A stretch of DNA of 64,000 bases from Botryllus schlosseri (taxonomy: Eukaryota): NCBI GenBank assembly GCA_051294905.1, contig CM119379.1, forward strand, positions 15,934,001 through 15,998,000. The letters are read 5' to 3'. Shown here one piece after another: positions 26,372-39,195 of this stretch. The notes under the pieces were generated by a model. That model did not search any database and was not told the origin of the DNA. It worked only from the letters and a program-made list of their open reading frames with translations. Numbering within the stretch: the first letter of the stretch is position 1; each line of letters begins with the position of its first letter. The translations under genes were made by a program, and so were the position numbers.

Positions 26372-27412
26372 ATGTCTTCGAATCGTATTTACATGGGGAG
26401 ACTTAGCCATAGGGCTCGGGAAAGCGATATAGAACGCTTTTTTCGGGGTTATGGAAGGATCCGCGAAATAATGCTCAAGAACGGGTACGGTTTTGTCGAG
26501 TTTGATGATCACAGAGATGCCGACGACGCCGTACACGATTTAAGCGGAAAGGAGCTTTGCGGGGAGAGGATAGTGATTGAGATCGCTAGAGGAACCCCGC
26601 GAGGTGCCGGTGGAGCGTTTGTAGGTGGCTATTACCCACCTCCTCCACCACCAAGGTACCGCGATTACGGAGGATACGGTGGCGACCGTGGTGGATATGG
26701 ACATGGTGGCGGGAGAAGAGGTGGCGGTGGTGGAGGTGGATATGGCCCTCCGTCCCATACGGAGTACCGTGTAATCGTGGAGAATCTTTCTTCGAGAGTT
26801 AGTTGGCAAGATTTGAAAGACTACATGAGACAAGCGGGAGAGGTTACTTTTGCTGATGCTCATCGGTATCGTAAAAACGAAGGTGTTGTTGAATTTGTTT
26901 CGAAAAGCGAGATGGAACATGCAATTGAAAAGCTTGACGGAACTGAGATTAACGGGAGAAGGATCAAATTAACCAAAGATAACTCCCGTAAAAGACGTAA
27001 CGACTCTAGATCTCGTAGCAGAAGCCGTAGTCGCGGCCGAGATCGCAAGTCTCGCAGCAAGTCCGGAAGTCGCAGTCGCTCTAGAAGTGGCAGCAGAGGG
27101 CGCAAAAGGTCACGAAGCCGTGACGATCGAAATGGACGTTCTAGATCTCGCAGTGATTCAGGCTCGCCTGCCAAGAAGAAGGACCGCTCAAGGTCAAGAT
27201 CTGAAGACAGAAAATCGAAATCAGAGGAAGACCACAACGATCAAGACAAAGCGGACGATGTCCCGGATAAGGAAGAGAATGGCGATAATGAGAGAAAATC
27301 CAGAAGCAAGAGCCGGTCTGCGTCTCCGCGTAGCGATCGTAAGGAGTCCAGAAGTCGTAGCCGTTCTCGGTCCAAGTCACGCTCCAGGTCTCGATCCAGA
27401 AGCCAGAGTTGA
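26372..27412 (+). CDS. SRSF6: SR splicing factor of the SRSF4/5/6 (SRp55/B52) family, 346 aa, intronless CDS
   Basis: RRM1 ([26 protein letters not shown]), Gly/Tyr/Pro linker, pseudo-RRM2 with [15 protein letters not shown], and an RS domain. The exact paralog (4/5/6) is not resolvable; likely a co-ortholog. Confidence 0.95.
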   Translation: MSSNRIYMGRLSHRARESDIERFFRGYGRIREIMLKNGYGFVEFDDHRDADDAVHDLSGKELCGERIVIEIARGTPRGAGGAFVGGYYPPPPPPRYRDYGGYGGDRGGYGHGGGRRGGGGGGGYGPPSHTEYRVIVENLSSRVSWQDLKDYMRQAGEVTFADAHRYRKNEGVVEFVSKSEMEHAIEKLDGTEINGRRIKLTKDNSRKRRNDSRSRSRSRSRGRDRKSRSKSGSRSRSRSGSRGRKRSRSRDDRNGRSRSRSDSGSPAKKKDRSRSRSEDRKSKSEEDHNDQDKADDVPDKEENGDNERKSRSKSRSASPRSDRKESRSRSRSRSKSRSRSRSRSQS

Positions 27413-27730
27413 AAGTGAGAATCTCTGATTTTGATTTTGAAGGGGGGGACATCGGTTGAATAGCTCCTGTAAAAATCGAAATTTCCTTTCAGAAGCAAAG
27501 GCATCTCGTATACATTGTACAGTACCGATTCTTTTCATAATTTTACATTCACGACGATTTGGTCCGATCAAAATAATCCGCTGGCATCCTACTATGACTC
27601 GTGCTGTTAAACTGGTGATATGCGCCATTGTTTTGTTGAGAATTATCGATTATGAATTCGTGAATGCTCTGGTAATAACAGTTAGATTGTGAAATAAGTG
27701 ATGGATATTGTTATGCTTGTTGATGCCTAG

Positions 27731-27739
27731 TTTATTAAA
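27731..27739. promoter_or_regulatory. Overlapping poly(A) signals (ATTAAA on +, AATAAA on -)
   Basis: tttattaaa about 320 nt after the SRSF stop codon. Confidence 0.4.
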
Positions 27740-29697
27740 GGTTATTTTGTAAACACTGCTTTTCAGTATGGGTAACTGCTGTTTATGTATGTCATTGGTG
27801 AATGTTTGACTAGCTGTAATTTGTCTTAGCCGCCTTTCTCTCCGGTGTGACAGAAGTTGTCATGATCATATTTTTATCGAATGTTACATGTACTAATACG
27901 TGCTTCTTTTGAATATTTAAGGCTACATCCACCATCAGCCTGCCCCTTTCCAAATCGGCCGCTTGACTTGGGTTGGTGACCAATACAGTGTGTGATGTGG
28001 GCATTCGACTTTTCTGGCCTGTTGGATGTTTGTCCAATGTTCCCAACCACAACCAGATCTTTGTGGGACGCAAGGGATAATTGAGGCAGAACAGAGATCA
28101 ATGATATCCAGGCGAAGGTTCGATCAGTGGTCGCTTGGCGGAACAGATTGGGTTTTGTGGCATGTCAATCAATTAGTGGGACACTCGTGGTCAGTGACGG
28201 CTGTGAGGGAAATTCCATCCCCCCTGACACATGTTTCAATACTGAGTTCTCAAATGGACAAGCAACCCGTAAGTAGATCCGTAGTGACGGTGTCATTTTT
28301 GTGTGGCATATGTTCTATGTAATCTCAAACTTCTGTTTGCAAGCCCCTGTTGAACAGGTTGATTCAATTGAAGGCAGTGTGGGCAACTTTTCGCTTCTCC
28401 ACTTCGCATGTTCGCTGGCAATCATTTGTTGGTTGAGGTGGGAAAGCTCCAACTGTCCTGGATACACCCATAATCAAGTCTTGATGCAGCGGTTAGGGTT
28501 ACGAAGATTGGCATAAAAGGGTAGTTACGTACAATGAATGAATAATTGTTGAATTACTGATTCACCGGTGGGATGTATTGTACTCAAACGTGTCTCTACT
28601 TGACGGGCTATCGCGAAATACATGGATCGTCATTTTACGATGTGTTTTGGGGTAAATCATTTTCAGGAAATTGAGACGTCTGGTTTTGGAGTCCTGCAGG
28701 AGTCTGCTTAGCTAAAATATCACGTTCGTTTTGAGTTTAGTGTAATCTGCTTTATCAGCAATAGCTATGCAGGGATGACCCTACGCTTTAGCAAGAGTAG
28801 TTCACAATTTATCTATCGTGTCTAATATTAGAGGGTGTTACGGTAAGGAGTACAGCGCCAGTGTTGAAACGGCGCATTATAATTTTTATGTTGTGCACAG
28901 CAATGGCATGGAGTAAAGTGCGTTCTCATGCAACTATGATCTTATCGACAATTAACAAGTATTCATTATGACCTCACAATGCGGCACCTATGTCTTCACA
29001 GCTGCCTCCTACGTTACTAGCGGCTGACTGACTCTAGATTACTGCAGATAACTAACCTACGGGTAGATTAGCAATCTTTGCAGACCAGGGTTGGCCGACC
29101 TTTTCGACTAAAGCGCCAAATGCAATTGACGAACGAGTGCGCTGTCCACTAGCCGCGCCAAGCGTGTACAATTTTCAAAGTTTCTAAATGAACTAGGTCA
29201 CTAATATTATTACTTGAGTATATTGCAGTGACGTGCGGTGAGATTCATGAATGGTTACTGGTGAGGCACGGACCCCCCCCCCCTCATACACACAATCACG
29301 CACGTAAAGTACCTGGTAAAGAGACCCGAGATGTGAATAACAACAGGTATAGAGACCATTTTCTTTGCACACTTGATAGCCGTTGCAATTTCACATTCTA
29401 CAATACATGTCGCTGTTGCGCTAAATGTGCGAGTTTAGACGGATAATGATTACTATCTCTTCGAGTGCCGGTAAAAATTATTCGAAGCGCATGAAAATAG
29501 CATCCTCATTTTAAATAATGCTTTCAGTAAAAAAAACACTAGATTTGCCGAATTTCGAAAGAAAATGAACTAGGACACTAGGCCAAGTCAAAATACACTA
29601 GATCTAGTGTAAAAACACTGGGAGTGGCACAACAGACAACGTCAACGCAGGCTATGTAAGTATAGCTGTCGCATATCACAATTAAGGGTTATATAGG

Positions 29698-30721
29698 CAG
29701 GCCGTGTTATTTTTGGCATCGTCCTATGAATAGATAGTTTCAGCCACGAATTAGTCACAAAAACGCTTTATTTGGGCTAGTTTGTCGAAAGACACCACAA
29801 AATGTGCAGCATCCACGTATATAATCAGTGCCAACAAACAATAAGAAGAAAAAACCTAACGATTTCATAGGTTAATAATAACAAACGAAACCACAAAATG
29901 CGCAGTATCCATCGCAATCGGTGCCAATAAGCAAAAAAAAGAAAGAAAAGCCATCGATCTCATCGCGGAAAAATTTTTGTTCCCGATCCTTTTCCAGGAG
30001 TTTCCTGTGTTGTCTCTCAACACATTCTATTCAGTAGCCCGACTATCATTTCTCCTTCAGTCTACAGATATATTTTTGGAGGACTTTTGTCACTTCAGGT
30101 GGCTTTAATATTACCAACTCGGATGGAAGAGTCCTGGGAAGGTTAGCTTGTCTAAGAACATTGACGCAACAAGACTGTCTGGCAAAACGAGACTATGCAG
30201 CTTAGAAATAGCCAGACAGTTTGTTGCGTCACAATGTTCAACTCGGTCACAATGCAAAAATCGTGGTTGATTTTGGGGGTTCCAGTTCCATGAGCAGAAT
30301 ATAATTTATATTTTAATAATCAGTACTGCGGCAGCTTCTCATCGATACCCGTTTTAATCAAATTTAGCGCTCGACAAGCCGGTCAAAAATGGTCGTAAAA
30401 TTGCCTTTGGACAAATGGAAAGTATGACGTAAACCAAATGCAGTCAGCCGTTCAATCTCGCTGTGCCCATACCATTTAGGACACCATGCTTTCACCCCTA
30501 ATGGGTGGGCTGGACCCAGATTAAGAAACCTGATTTTCACAAACGCTCCTCTCGCTTGTAACGCGGTCCTGTTAACACAACACCATGAACGAAATACACT
30601 ATTTGGCAGGCCGTGTTATTTTTGGCATATGCCAAAAATTGCTTATTTTTGGCATTTTCAAATTTTTATTTTTGGCAGTTTTGGCATCTGGCTCCTGAAA
30701 TGCCAAAAATAACACGGCCTG
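29698..30721. mobile_element. MITE with 22-bp TIR CAGGCCGTGTTATTTTTGGCAT and an extra internal left TIR at 30607
   Basis: Left TIR at 29698 and 30607, inverted copy ending at 30721, 6/8 TSD (tatatagg / gttatagg). Confidence 0.75.
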
Positions 30722-31918
30722 GTTATAGGTATTGCAGTCGAACACAACATAAAGGCCGCAATCAACGACAATGCAGCCTATGCAAGTAGCTCACATGGAT
30801 GGAAAATAGCCTACATAACAGCTACATAAGTAAGGGAATGTATTTGCTTCGCACAGGGATATCTAGAACTAGTTCTAGATATGCCTGGCTTCGCATTACC
30901 TATTGGCCGTCGCTATACTATATAATTCTTACAAGACTGTTGGATTCCGAAATCGATAGCGCGTCTCACTGTGCTGCGATTGTCCAATTGTTGGCGAATA
31001 GTGCATGAGGCAGGTTCGTTTGTGCCTCACCTGGCTAATAATGCCGAATGTTACATTCCTTGGCGATTTTGGGGGTTCTGGTGCTCTAACACTGTTGATA
31101 TTTGTATTTTCGGAATCAGTGTGACGATAGCATTTGATTGATACCAGTTATCATGAATTCCGAGCTATGTATGACGAATTGCATTGTCGCAGGTGATGGC
31201 ACGACCCGCCCGTGCCTCACCAGTGCCTCACCTCTCCTTTCGCGCTGTATTTTTGAACAATAATGATGCAAATTTATGATATTGGGTGAAAAAAATGTTC
31301 AAATTTAGTTATTTATGAACATCGATGTAAAATATCAATAATCATCGAGGGTTTTCATAATATTTCACTTAGGCCTATACTCACCCAGACGACAGGTGAG
31401 GCACTGCCTCATTGGACCGCACGTCACTGTTATATTGCCAGTCTACTGTATACCGCCCGCTGGCCTCAGTTTGCAAGGACAGGACTATTCGACATCTGGA
31501 CATATCGAAGGTTTCCGCTAATATGTGACAATCATTTTGTGCCTGCATATCATTGTTGACCATCTTTCTGCGAGCGCAAACGCGAAAAGACATTCTCTCG
31601 TAATTGCGAATATAGTTGACTCAATTGGCTAAATTAGGCGTTTCTTTCATTTTCAGGGGGGTAGGCTACCAAGCAAGAAATCGTGTGACAATTGAACACG
31701 CGAAGCGAAAAGAAAAATTTTACTGCTATTTTAGTTTATTATTGTGATGTACGACGATTTACTAAAAATGTGACTGGACTGCAATGCGTCGGAACTGATA
31801 TTTTAGTCATCCATCCAAGTGTCGCGGCCAGACTAGTCATATTCTTGGTTGGCCTTGCAATAAATGTTCAAAATCCGAGAAATTCATTTTCAATAATATG
31901 GGTTACCATACCATACGT

Positions 31919-33474
31919 CAGGGGTTCTCAACTTCCCTTGTATAACGGGCCGCATTTTAACAGCAGAAGACGCTGCGGGCCGCAGAAAAATATTTACATG
32001 TATTTGTGGGCTAATGTTAAATTTAGGCTAATGTAGCCCATTTACCAGTCGTATACGGCCATGTAGTACGTTTTTATGCATTCTTAAGCATTAATGGACA
32101 GCGTTCGTAAGTTTGCAGCTGCTGCTTGTTGTAAGACTATGTAGGCCTATCTTCTTGCGGCGCAAGTAAATCACTTCACGGAACGTGCATTGCATTCGAT
32201 ACCAAGCCGGTATATTCAACTTCAAACCCTTCCACCAGAGAACCGAACTCTCTGTTTCAATGGGTGAGAGAGCAAGTATAAAATTACCGTAACTTTTGCG
32301 TTACGGAGGCCATTATCACATTGAGCTCTGAGTGATATGTGAAGAAGTCTGGTGATCGGGGCCATTTCTGAGCAAACCAATCGGCCCTTTTTCTTTCCTT
32401 CCAAGCCTTGGGCCCTGCATCATTAATTACAGTAGTCAGCTTTGTCAAGGTAATATTTTTGCTGGTCCCCTCCCCACGTTTGCCCAGCATGTATTTACTC
32501 TGCATATATACGTCCACTCTGATAAAATTCAACCAGATAATTAGTTATGCAATATAGGTGGATTCGTCCGAGGCTGGGTTAAGTAGTCTACGCAGCAATG
32601 TGTTTCAGAACATGCTATAAAATATTGATTGACATTGATGTTTCTCGTCTGGTCCCGATTGAATCAGACGACTGTATCTTCGCAATTCGTCGGGTGATCT
32701 TGTCCTTGCTACTAAGTTCCGAAAACAGCAGATATTCGCACATACTGTTGAAGTTTTATTGAAATAACACCTTCTTTGGCAGATTTCTTGGGTTTAGCGA
32801 TATTCCAATCAATTTTGAACGTTTGTTCTGTATCGTCATCGCCAATCTCAACAAACGTTTGCACTGACTCTAACACTCTTTAAAAATGTAGGCCTACTAC
32901 GTTGCGGAATTCTCTTGAACTAGAGTCCAGTCGAATACTGATTCAAATCAATACCAATCTTAAGTCGAGCATACATCAAGAAACGAGAACACATTAAAGC
33001 AGGGGTTCTCAAACTATTTAGACACGCCCCCGTTTTTGATAGGTAAAATTTAGTGCCCCTTATCGTCATATAACAAAATGCAACCGGAATGCTAGCAACA
33101 CAAAAGGGTAGTTCGATGGCAAGAAAGGTTATGGCTGTTGATGAGAAAATTCTCAAATATGAAATCCTGACTATACACCGAGAAATAACTAAGAAACGGA
33201 GATAAATTGCGCAGAGTGGAATTTTTTTTGTTCAGTTGACCGCATCTTCGCCCCCCTCAGATGCTTTCAGGCCCCCAAGGCAGCGCATCCTCGAGTTTGA
33301 GAACTGCTTTCAAGAATGAGTAATCCAATGAAAGAGAGACGGTGCGATAAAAGTGCTAAGTATTAAGATAAAATTAATTTGTAAAAATACCGTGTCAGAA
33401 GTAATTGCGTTTATAATGAAAGATGTCGCGGGCCGCAAAATAATCGTCTGCGGGCCGCGGGTTGAGAACCCCTG
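31919..33474. mobile_element. Non-autonomous Charlie-like hAT element (1.56 kb)
   Basis: 14-bp perfect TIR CAGGGGTTCTCAAC, perfect TSD ccatacgt (31911-31918, 33475-33482), gggccgc subterminal motifs. A possible decayed transposase C-terminus lies on the minus strand near 32570-32820 (tentative). Confidence 0.9.
33000..33306. mobile_element. Charlie-like MITE nested in the 31919-33474 element
   Basis: CAGGGGTTCTCAAACT left end, AGTTTGAGAAC-TG right end, 6/8 TSD (cattaaag / ctttcaag). Confidence 0.7.
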
Positions 33475-34805
33475 CCATACGTCATCTATGGAAACGAGGA
33501 TATGTCCTCTGTTTTGAAAATTTCGGTTTAATAGAGGGCAAAATCCGACTGAGATACATGTAAATCAGCACTGAAGTGACGCTGCGGCGGCAAGTAGTAG
33601 TGTTTAACTTGTAACCTTACTAAGTATTTGAAACGAACACTAAAGCCGAGAATATACATAATTCAAAAAGTAAGGCTGTTTATATAGTCCTACAGTGCAA
33701 CCTGAAGGAGGTGCTCGGTAACGAAGTCCATCCTACTCTTGCGAAGTACTTGAGTCATTCTCCCTAGTTGTAGTACTTACCCAAGTAAATCTCATTTTCC
33801 AATACTTCGCTCAGCATTATATCATCTACAGGCCTTGTAATACGGGGGCGGGCGCCATGTCACATTTTATGAAAGAAGTCAACACTGGGGTGAAAACGTA
33901 TTGAAATACTGTTCTATAGAAAATCTATCACGAATGTAATGAAAATATATTTATCCCGCATGAAATGTAACAACACTAACTTAATTCTCTACACCAGTGG
34001 TTCTCAGCCTTATTTCGAAATTTCGAAAAATATTTGGCTGACCGGTGGACTTTCAGAAATTGAAATCAACCCAAAATGTAAAGTATGCAGCCGTGGTGGG
34101 TGTCTGATTCCATAGACTACTCCAAGTCGCTTCGACACCTTCCTATCTTTTCATTGTATCGCATTTTGTTGTGTATTGAACTGATAAAATTGCTAATATA
34201 CCAATGATGCAAATAGATGCAAGTAGATGGTGCTAGAGAGTGACAGTTTGCGGGTTTTGATATTAATTAATTATGTTCATCGTTTATAATGACATCCATG
34301 TGATTTTACGGTAGTGGGTCTGCGAAGTCGATGTAAAATTGCCTTTCCCAGATAAACGTGCTACAGCCGAGAGCCATTAACAGTCTTTCGCTCCGTATGC
34401 CGTATGCTGACCACGCCAACTTGAATAATATTTTTCTCTTCGACAATATCGAGAGAAAAAGTGTTTCGTAGTAGAACCAAGCACCTTGTCGTGCTACCTG
34501 AACGCTCATTGCCCACTACCACAAAACGTATACGTAGCCTATAGGCTACTCTGGCTACTACGGATACAATGCCGAGCGAAAACACCTGGCTACAGCCATA
34601 CCTGACCATCCACAAAAATCAGCCAACCCCCAAAAAACATATTGCTTCAAATTTTTTTTATCCTCTCAGAATTATCAGATTTCCCTGTAGATCTGAGCGA
34701 GGTGTCGTCTTGGAAGATGAAGGGCACATAAATCAATAATGAAACATATTCAGGCGTGCCTATTGCAATAATTACTTCGGTTTTGCCAGTTCGACATATA
34801 TATAT

Positions 34806-35393
34806 TGTAGCGACCCTGATACGGCGTTACGTAGGCTACCTAACAGGGAAGCGGTCCTGTTACCGGGCTCGCGAACTCGTCTCTCTGCGATCGCCGCCTG
34901 CTCTGCGCGCTCGTAACGCGAAGCGCCCAACATAGTACTCCAGTCCATACGGTTATAATAAGATTATATTCCACGACACAGTACTCAAACGGCGTTTCAC
35001 ACTTGACTCATATACTCAAAGTACACAGCGACGCATGCAAACTGATAACGGAAACATACGACCTAACAATACGAGACACAGGCCTACACACACCACACAA
35101 GTTCTCACAAACTGTATTCCGACAGCGTGCCGCTAAACCTACACCAGCAGCAGCCTTTCCATCTACAGGCGAGGGACTAACTACGGGACAATATCACTCC
35201 CCAGATGCTAGCGCAGCATCGTCCGTGATCTTTCCATGTCCCAGTCAATCTATCTGAACATAGATTCCGACAGGATAGATCCACTTCTAGCCTACAAATA
35301 CAATGCCAACTACCTGCTACTTCACACCTTAACTGTCTAATACTACAACCACTTCATGCTGCTGCTCCCGACTACTAATACTTCACGCTACCA
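34806..35393. mobile_element. Possible solo LTR
   Basis: Starts TGTAGCG and ends CGCTACCA (near-inverted), about 590 bp, C/A-skewed. No matching TSD was found. Confidence 0.3.
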
Positions 35394-35460
35394 AACACAG
35401 AGACAATCATCTCACTCACATCCATCTTCAGACACGCTCTGCATGGGTCTCGGTCAACTC

Positions 35461-35745
35461 CCTACTCAACCAACTCAACACGCGGTCTCCCGCCATACCT
35501 CGCGCAACGTAATTTCTAAACGGCAAATACTCAACATTCTAAAAACCCTGGGTTGCCACCAGAGTTGGATCAATTACATTATTTCAGTTCAATTACAATT
35601 ACAATTACAATTACTTTCATGCATGTTTCAATTACTCAACCAACTCAACCTACTCAACCAACTCAACACGCGGTCTCCCGCCATACCTCGCGCAACGTAA
35701 TTTCTAAACGGCAAATACTCAACATTCTAAAAACCCTGGGTTGCC
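35461..35745. repeat. Two identical 97-bp direct repeats separated by 91 bp
   Basis: cctactcaacc..aaaccctgggttgcc at 35461-35557 and 35649-35745. Confidence 0.92.
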
Positions 35746-36055
35746 TTGCCACACTATACTGCTTCGCGCGCAGTGGATACGGAGTGACCAGTATGATTTC
35801 ACGAGAGTATCGGTGAATAAAATTTAGGTAGCGGGTTGGCGTGGTTCCGTTCACACCGCATTGTCGCTCTTCACCCATATGAAATATTTCATCACAGTAT
35901 ATATGGCTCATCATAACGTTTGTAACTGATGTTTTGCAATCTAGCATTTACTTATCATATCGTAATCTATAGCAGTCCATGGCGTGTCCTAATCTGAAAA
36001 AGTGGACTCTGACTTTTTTTTAGTTTCAGAGCTGTTTTAGCATACAACCTTTGAA

Positions 36056-37336
36056 CAGAGGTTGTCAAAGTAGTCAAGAATGCTACTCAAGTAGAAGTAA
36101 AAGTAGCGACGAAAAAATCTACTCAAGTACGAGTAGAAATACTTCTTCCATAAGCAACCTAAAACTACTTGAAGTAGAATTGACTGACTTTAAATATACT
36201 TGAGTAAGTAATTAGTTGTGAAAACGATCGTTGATCGTTGAGCTTGAAAACGATCGTTGAGCGTTGAGCTGTGCGAAAGGTGCCGAGCTTGATTCATATT
36301 GATGCATACCAGGAGATATCCAATTTTCGACAGCAGAAGCATTTGTCGACATCATAGGATGAAAATGATAGTATTGATATGGAAATGCGATATTGAAACT
36401 ATGTTTAATCGAACAGCACGTTTTAGAAAACATCATGGTGTGGCGCTCCCCCCCCCCCATATTATAAGGCCTGTGGTTTAGTCGAAGAGCAATAGGAGAA
36501 GTTGTATTGGATACGGTGTAAACACTGTGTGTGATTAGAAAACGTTAATAATATGGTGGACCGTAAAAATGTCATATCGTGTAGCTTTATTTCCTGAAAT
36601 TATAGGCATTACTACACTTGCTTCTATACTTCAAGATGTATGTTATCCAGACAAAAGAACTGATATTAATTATAACTCAAAGTATATGATACTGGGAATT
36701 GGAAGTAAAATATAAATACTACTTCAAAAAGCGGAACATGTATTTTATGTCTTTAGTCCGGAAAGTTTCGACGGTTGGTATGCTAAAACATACCTAAAAC
36801 TAAAAAAATGAGTCCACTTTTCCAGATTAGGACACGCCATGGACTGCTAGATTACGATATGATAAGTAAATGCTAGATTGCGAAACATTAGTTTCAAGCT
36901 TTATGATGAGCCATATACACTGTGAGTAAATATTTGTATATCGCGAAGGGCGACAATGCGGTGTGAACGGAACCACGCAACCCGCTACCTTAATTATGTT
37001 CACCGATACTTTCGTGAAATCCTACTGGTTACACCGTATCCACTGCGCGCGAAGCTGGACGAAAATTCTGAGCTTTAATCAACTTTTATGAAATTAAATG
37101 CTGATACTCCGTGAAAACAGCCCCGAAATTCCTCAGGCTACCTTCCTGATTGGAGGGTTAAACTACTTCTAGTTGAGAAACTGAAATAGCGAAAATTAAG
37201 TAAGTAGATCACAAAATATCATGAAGTAGAAGTAAAAGCAGCGAAAATCAGATCTACTTGATTAAGTACCAGAAGTAGAGAAAAACTACTTGAGTACTTC
37301 CAAAAAGTAGAAGTACTTCGTTACTGACCACCTCTG
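36056..37336 (-). mobile_element. Full-length AAGTAG-family MITE, inverted orientation
   Basis: TIRs CAGAGGTTGTC / GACCACCTCTG, perfect TSD cctttgaa (36048-36055, 37337-37344). Confidence 0.9.
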
Positions 37337-37713
37337 CCTTTGAAACTTTCTGGACTAAAGACACGAAATACATTTTCCGCTTTTAGAAGTAGTATTTATA
37401 ATTCACTTTCAATTCCCAGTATCAAATACTTTTAGTTCTAATTAATTTCAGTTCTTTTGTCTGGATAACATACATGTTGATTGTTGAAGTATAAAAGCAA
37501 GTGTAGTAATTTCCGGAAATAAAGCTACACAATATGGCATCCATCATATTCCTTATTAACGTTTACTCATCGCGCAAGGTGTTTACACCGTATCCTATAT
37601 ACAACTTCTCCGTTTTGATCTTTGACAAAACTGCGGGCCTTGCGGACGGCGCGATACCATGATATTTTCTAAAACGTGCAGTTCGAGTATACAGAGGATT
37701 AGTGTCGCATTTC

Positions 37714-38270
37714 CAGAGGTGGTCAGTAACGAAGTACATCTACTTTTTCGAAGTAGTCAAGTAGTTTTCCTCTACTTCTGGTACTTACTCAAGTAGATCT
37801 GATTTTCGCTACTTCAACTTCTACTTCGTAATATTTTGTGATCTACTTACTTACTTTTCGCTATTTTCAGTTTGTCAAGTAGAAGTAGTTCAATCTTCCT
37901 ATCAGGAAGATAGACTGAGGAATTTCGAGGCTGTTTTCACGGAGCATCAAAATTTAATTTTCATAAAAGTTGAGTAAAGCCCAGAATTTTCGTCGCGCTT
38001 CGCGCGCAGTGGATACGGAGTTACCAGTATAATTTCACGAAAATATCGATGAATATAATTTAGGTAGCGGGTTGCCGTGATTACGTTCACACATGGATAT
38101 CTAGAACTAGAACTAATCTCCTAGGTTCCGGCTTGACATGAATATCGTAAGGATCATATCGCCGGCACCCGTCTATACCGTTATAAAGCCAGTTACACGC
38201 TATTGTGTATGTGTTTTTTTTTTAGTATTTTTTTGCAAAATCATTCTGTTTAATCCGGTTGACGAAGAAA

Positions 38271-38305
<35 letters not shown>

Positions 38306-39195
38306 GTTCACACCACATTGTCGCCCTTCGCGCATATGCAATAATTCATCACAGTATATATGGCTCATCATATCGTTTGAAACTGATGTTTCGCAATCTA
38401 TCATTTACATGTCATATCGTAATCTAGCATGTCCATGGCACGTCCTAACTTGGAAAAGTGAAATGTGACTTTTTTGTTAGATTTAGTGCTGTTTTAGCAT
38501 ACCGCCTTTGAAACATTCTGGACTGAAGGCATGAAAAACGTGTTCCACTTTTTAGAAGTAGTATTTATGTTTTGTTTTCAATTCCCATCAGTATCATATA
38601 CTTTGAGTTATAATTTAAAAAAAGCAAGTGTAGTAATGCCTTTAATTTCCGGAAATAAAGCTACACAATATGGCATTTTTACGGTCCCTCATATTTTTAT
38701 TAACGTTTACTAATCGCGCAAAGTGTTTACAACTTATCCTATACAACTCTCCGTATTGCTTCTCGACTAAACTTCGGACCTTATACTATGGGGGATGGCG
38801 CCATACCATGCTATTCTCTAAAACGTGCTGTTCGAGAAAACAGAGGATAAGTATCGCGTTTCCATAATAATACTATCATTTTCATCCTATGATGTGGACA
38901 AATGCTTATGCTATCGAAAATTGGATACCTGCTAGTATGCATCAATATGAATCAAGCTCGTCACCTTTCGCATAGCTCAATATGCACATTTTTATAATCC
39001 ATGTGAACGAATTAGGATCGTTTTCACAATTACTTACTTACTTGAGTACTTTTGAAGTCAGTAAATTCTACTTCTACTTCAAGTAGTTTTAGGTTGCTTG
39101 TGGAAGAAGTACTTCTACTCGTACTTGAGTAGATTTTTTCGTCGCTACTTCTACTTCTACTTGAGTAGCTTTCTTGACTACTTTGACCACCTCTG
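37714..39195 (+). mobile_element. Full-length AAGTAG-family MITE
   Basis: TIRs CAGAGGTGGTC / GACCACCTCTG, perfect TSD cgcatttc (37706-37713, 39196-39203). Confidence 0.9.
38093..38304 (+). mobile_element. Short retroposed fragment with a (TC)n tail inside the MITE
   Basis: Absent from sister copies, flanked by 9-bp direct repeats cgttcacac (38084-38092, 38305-38313), ends with gaaataaa followed by a (TC) run. Confidence 0.7.

Noticed and set aside
26540-27628. Several minus-strand ORFs of 83-126 aa over the SRSF gene
   Set aside because: They are shadows of the low-complexity RS/Gly coding strand, with no independent motifs.
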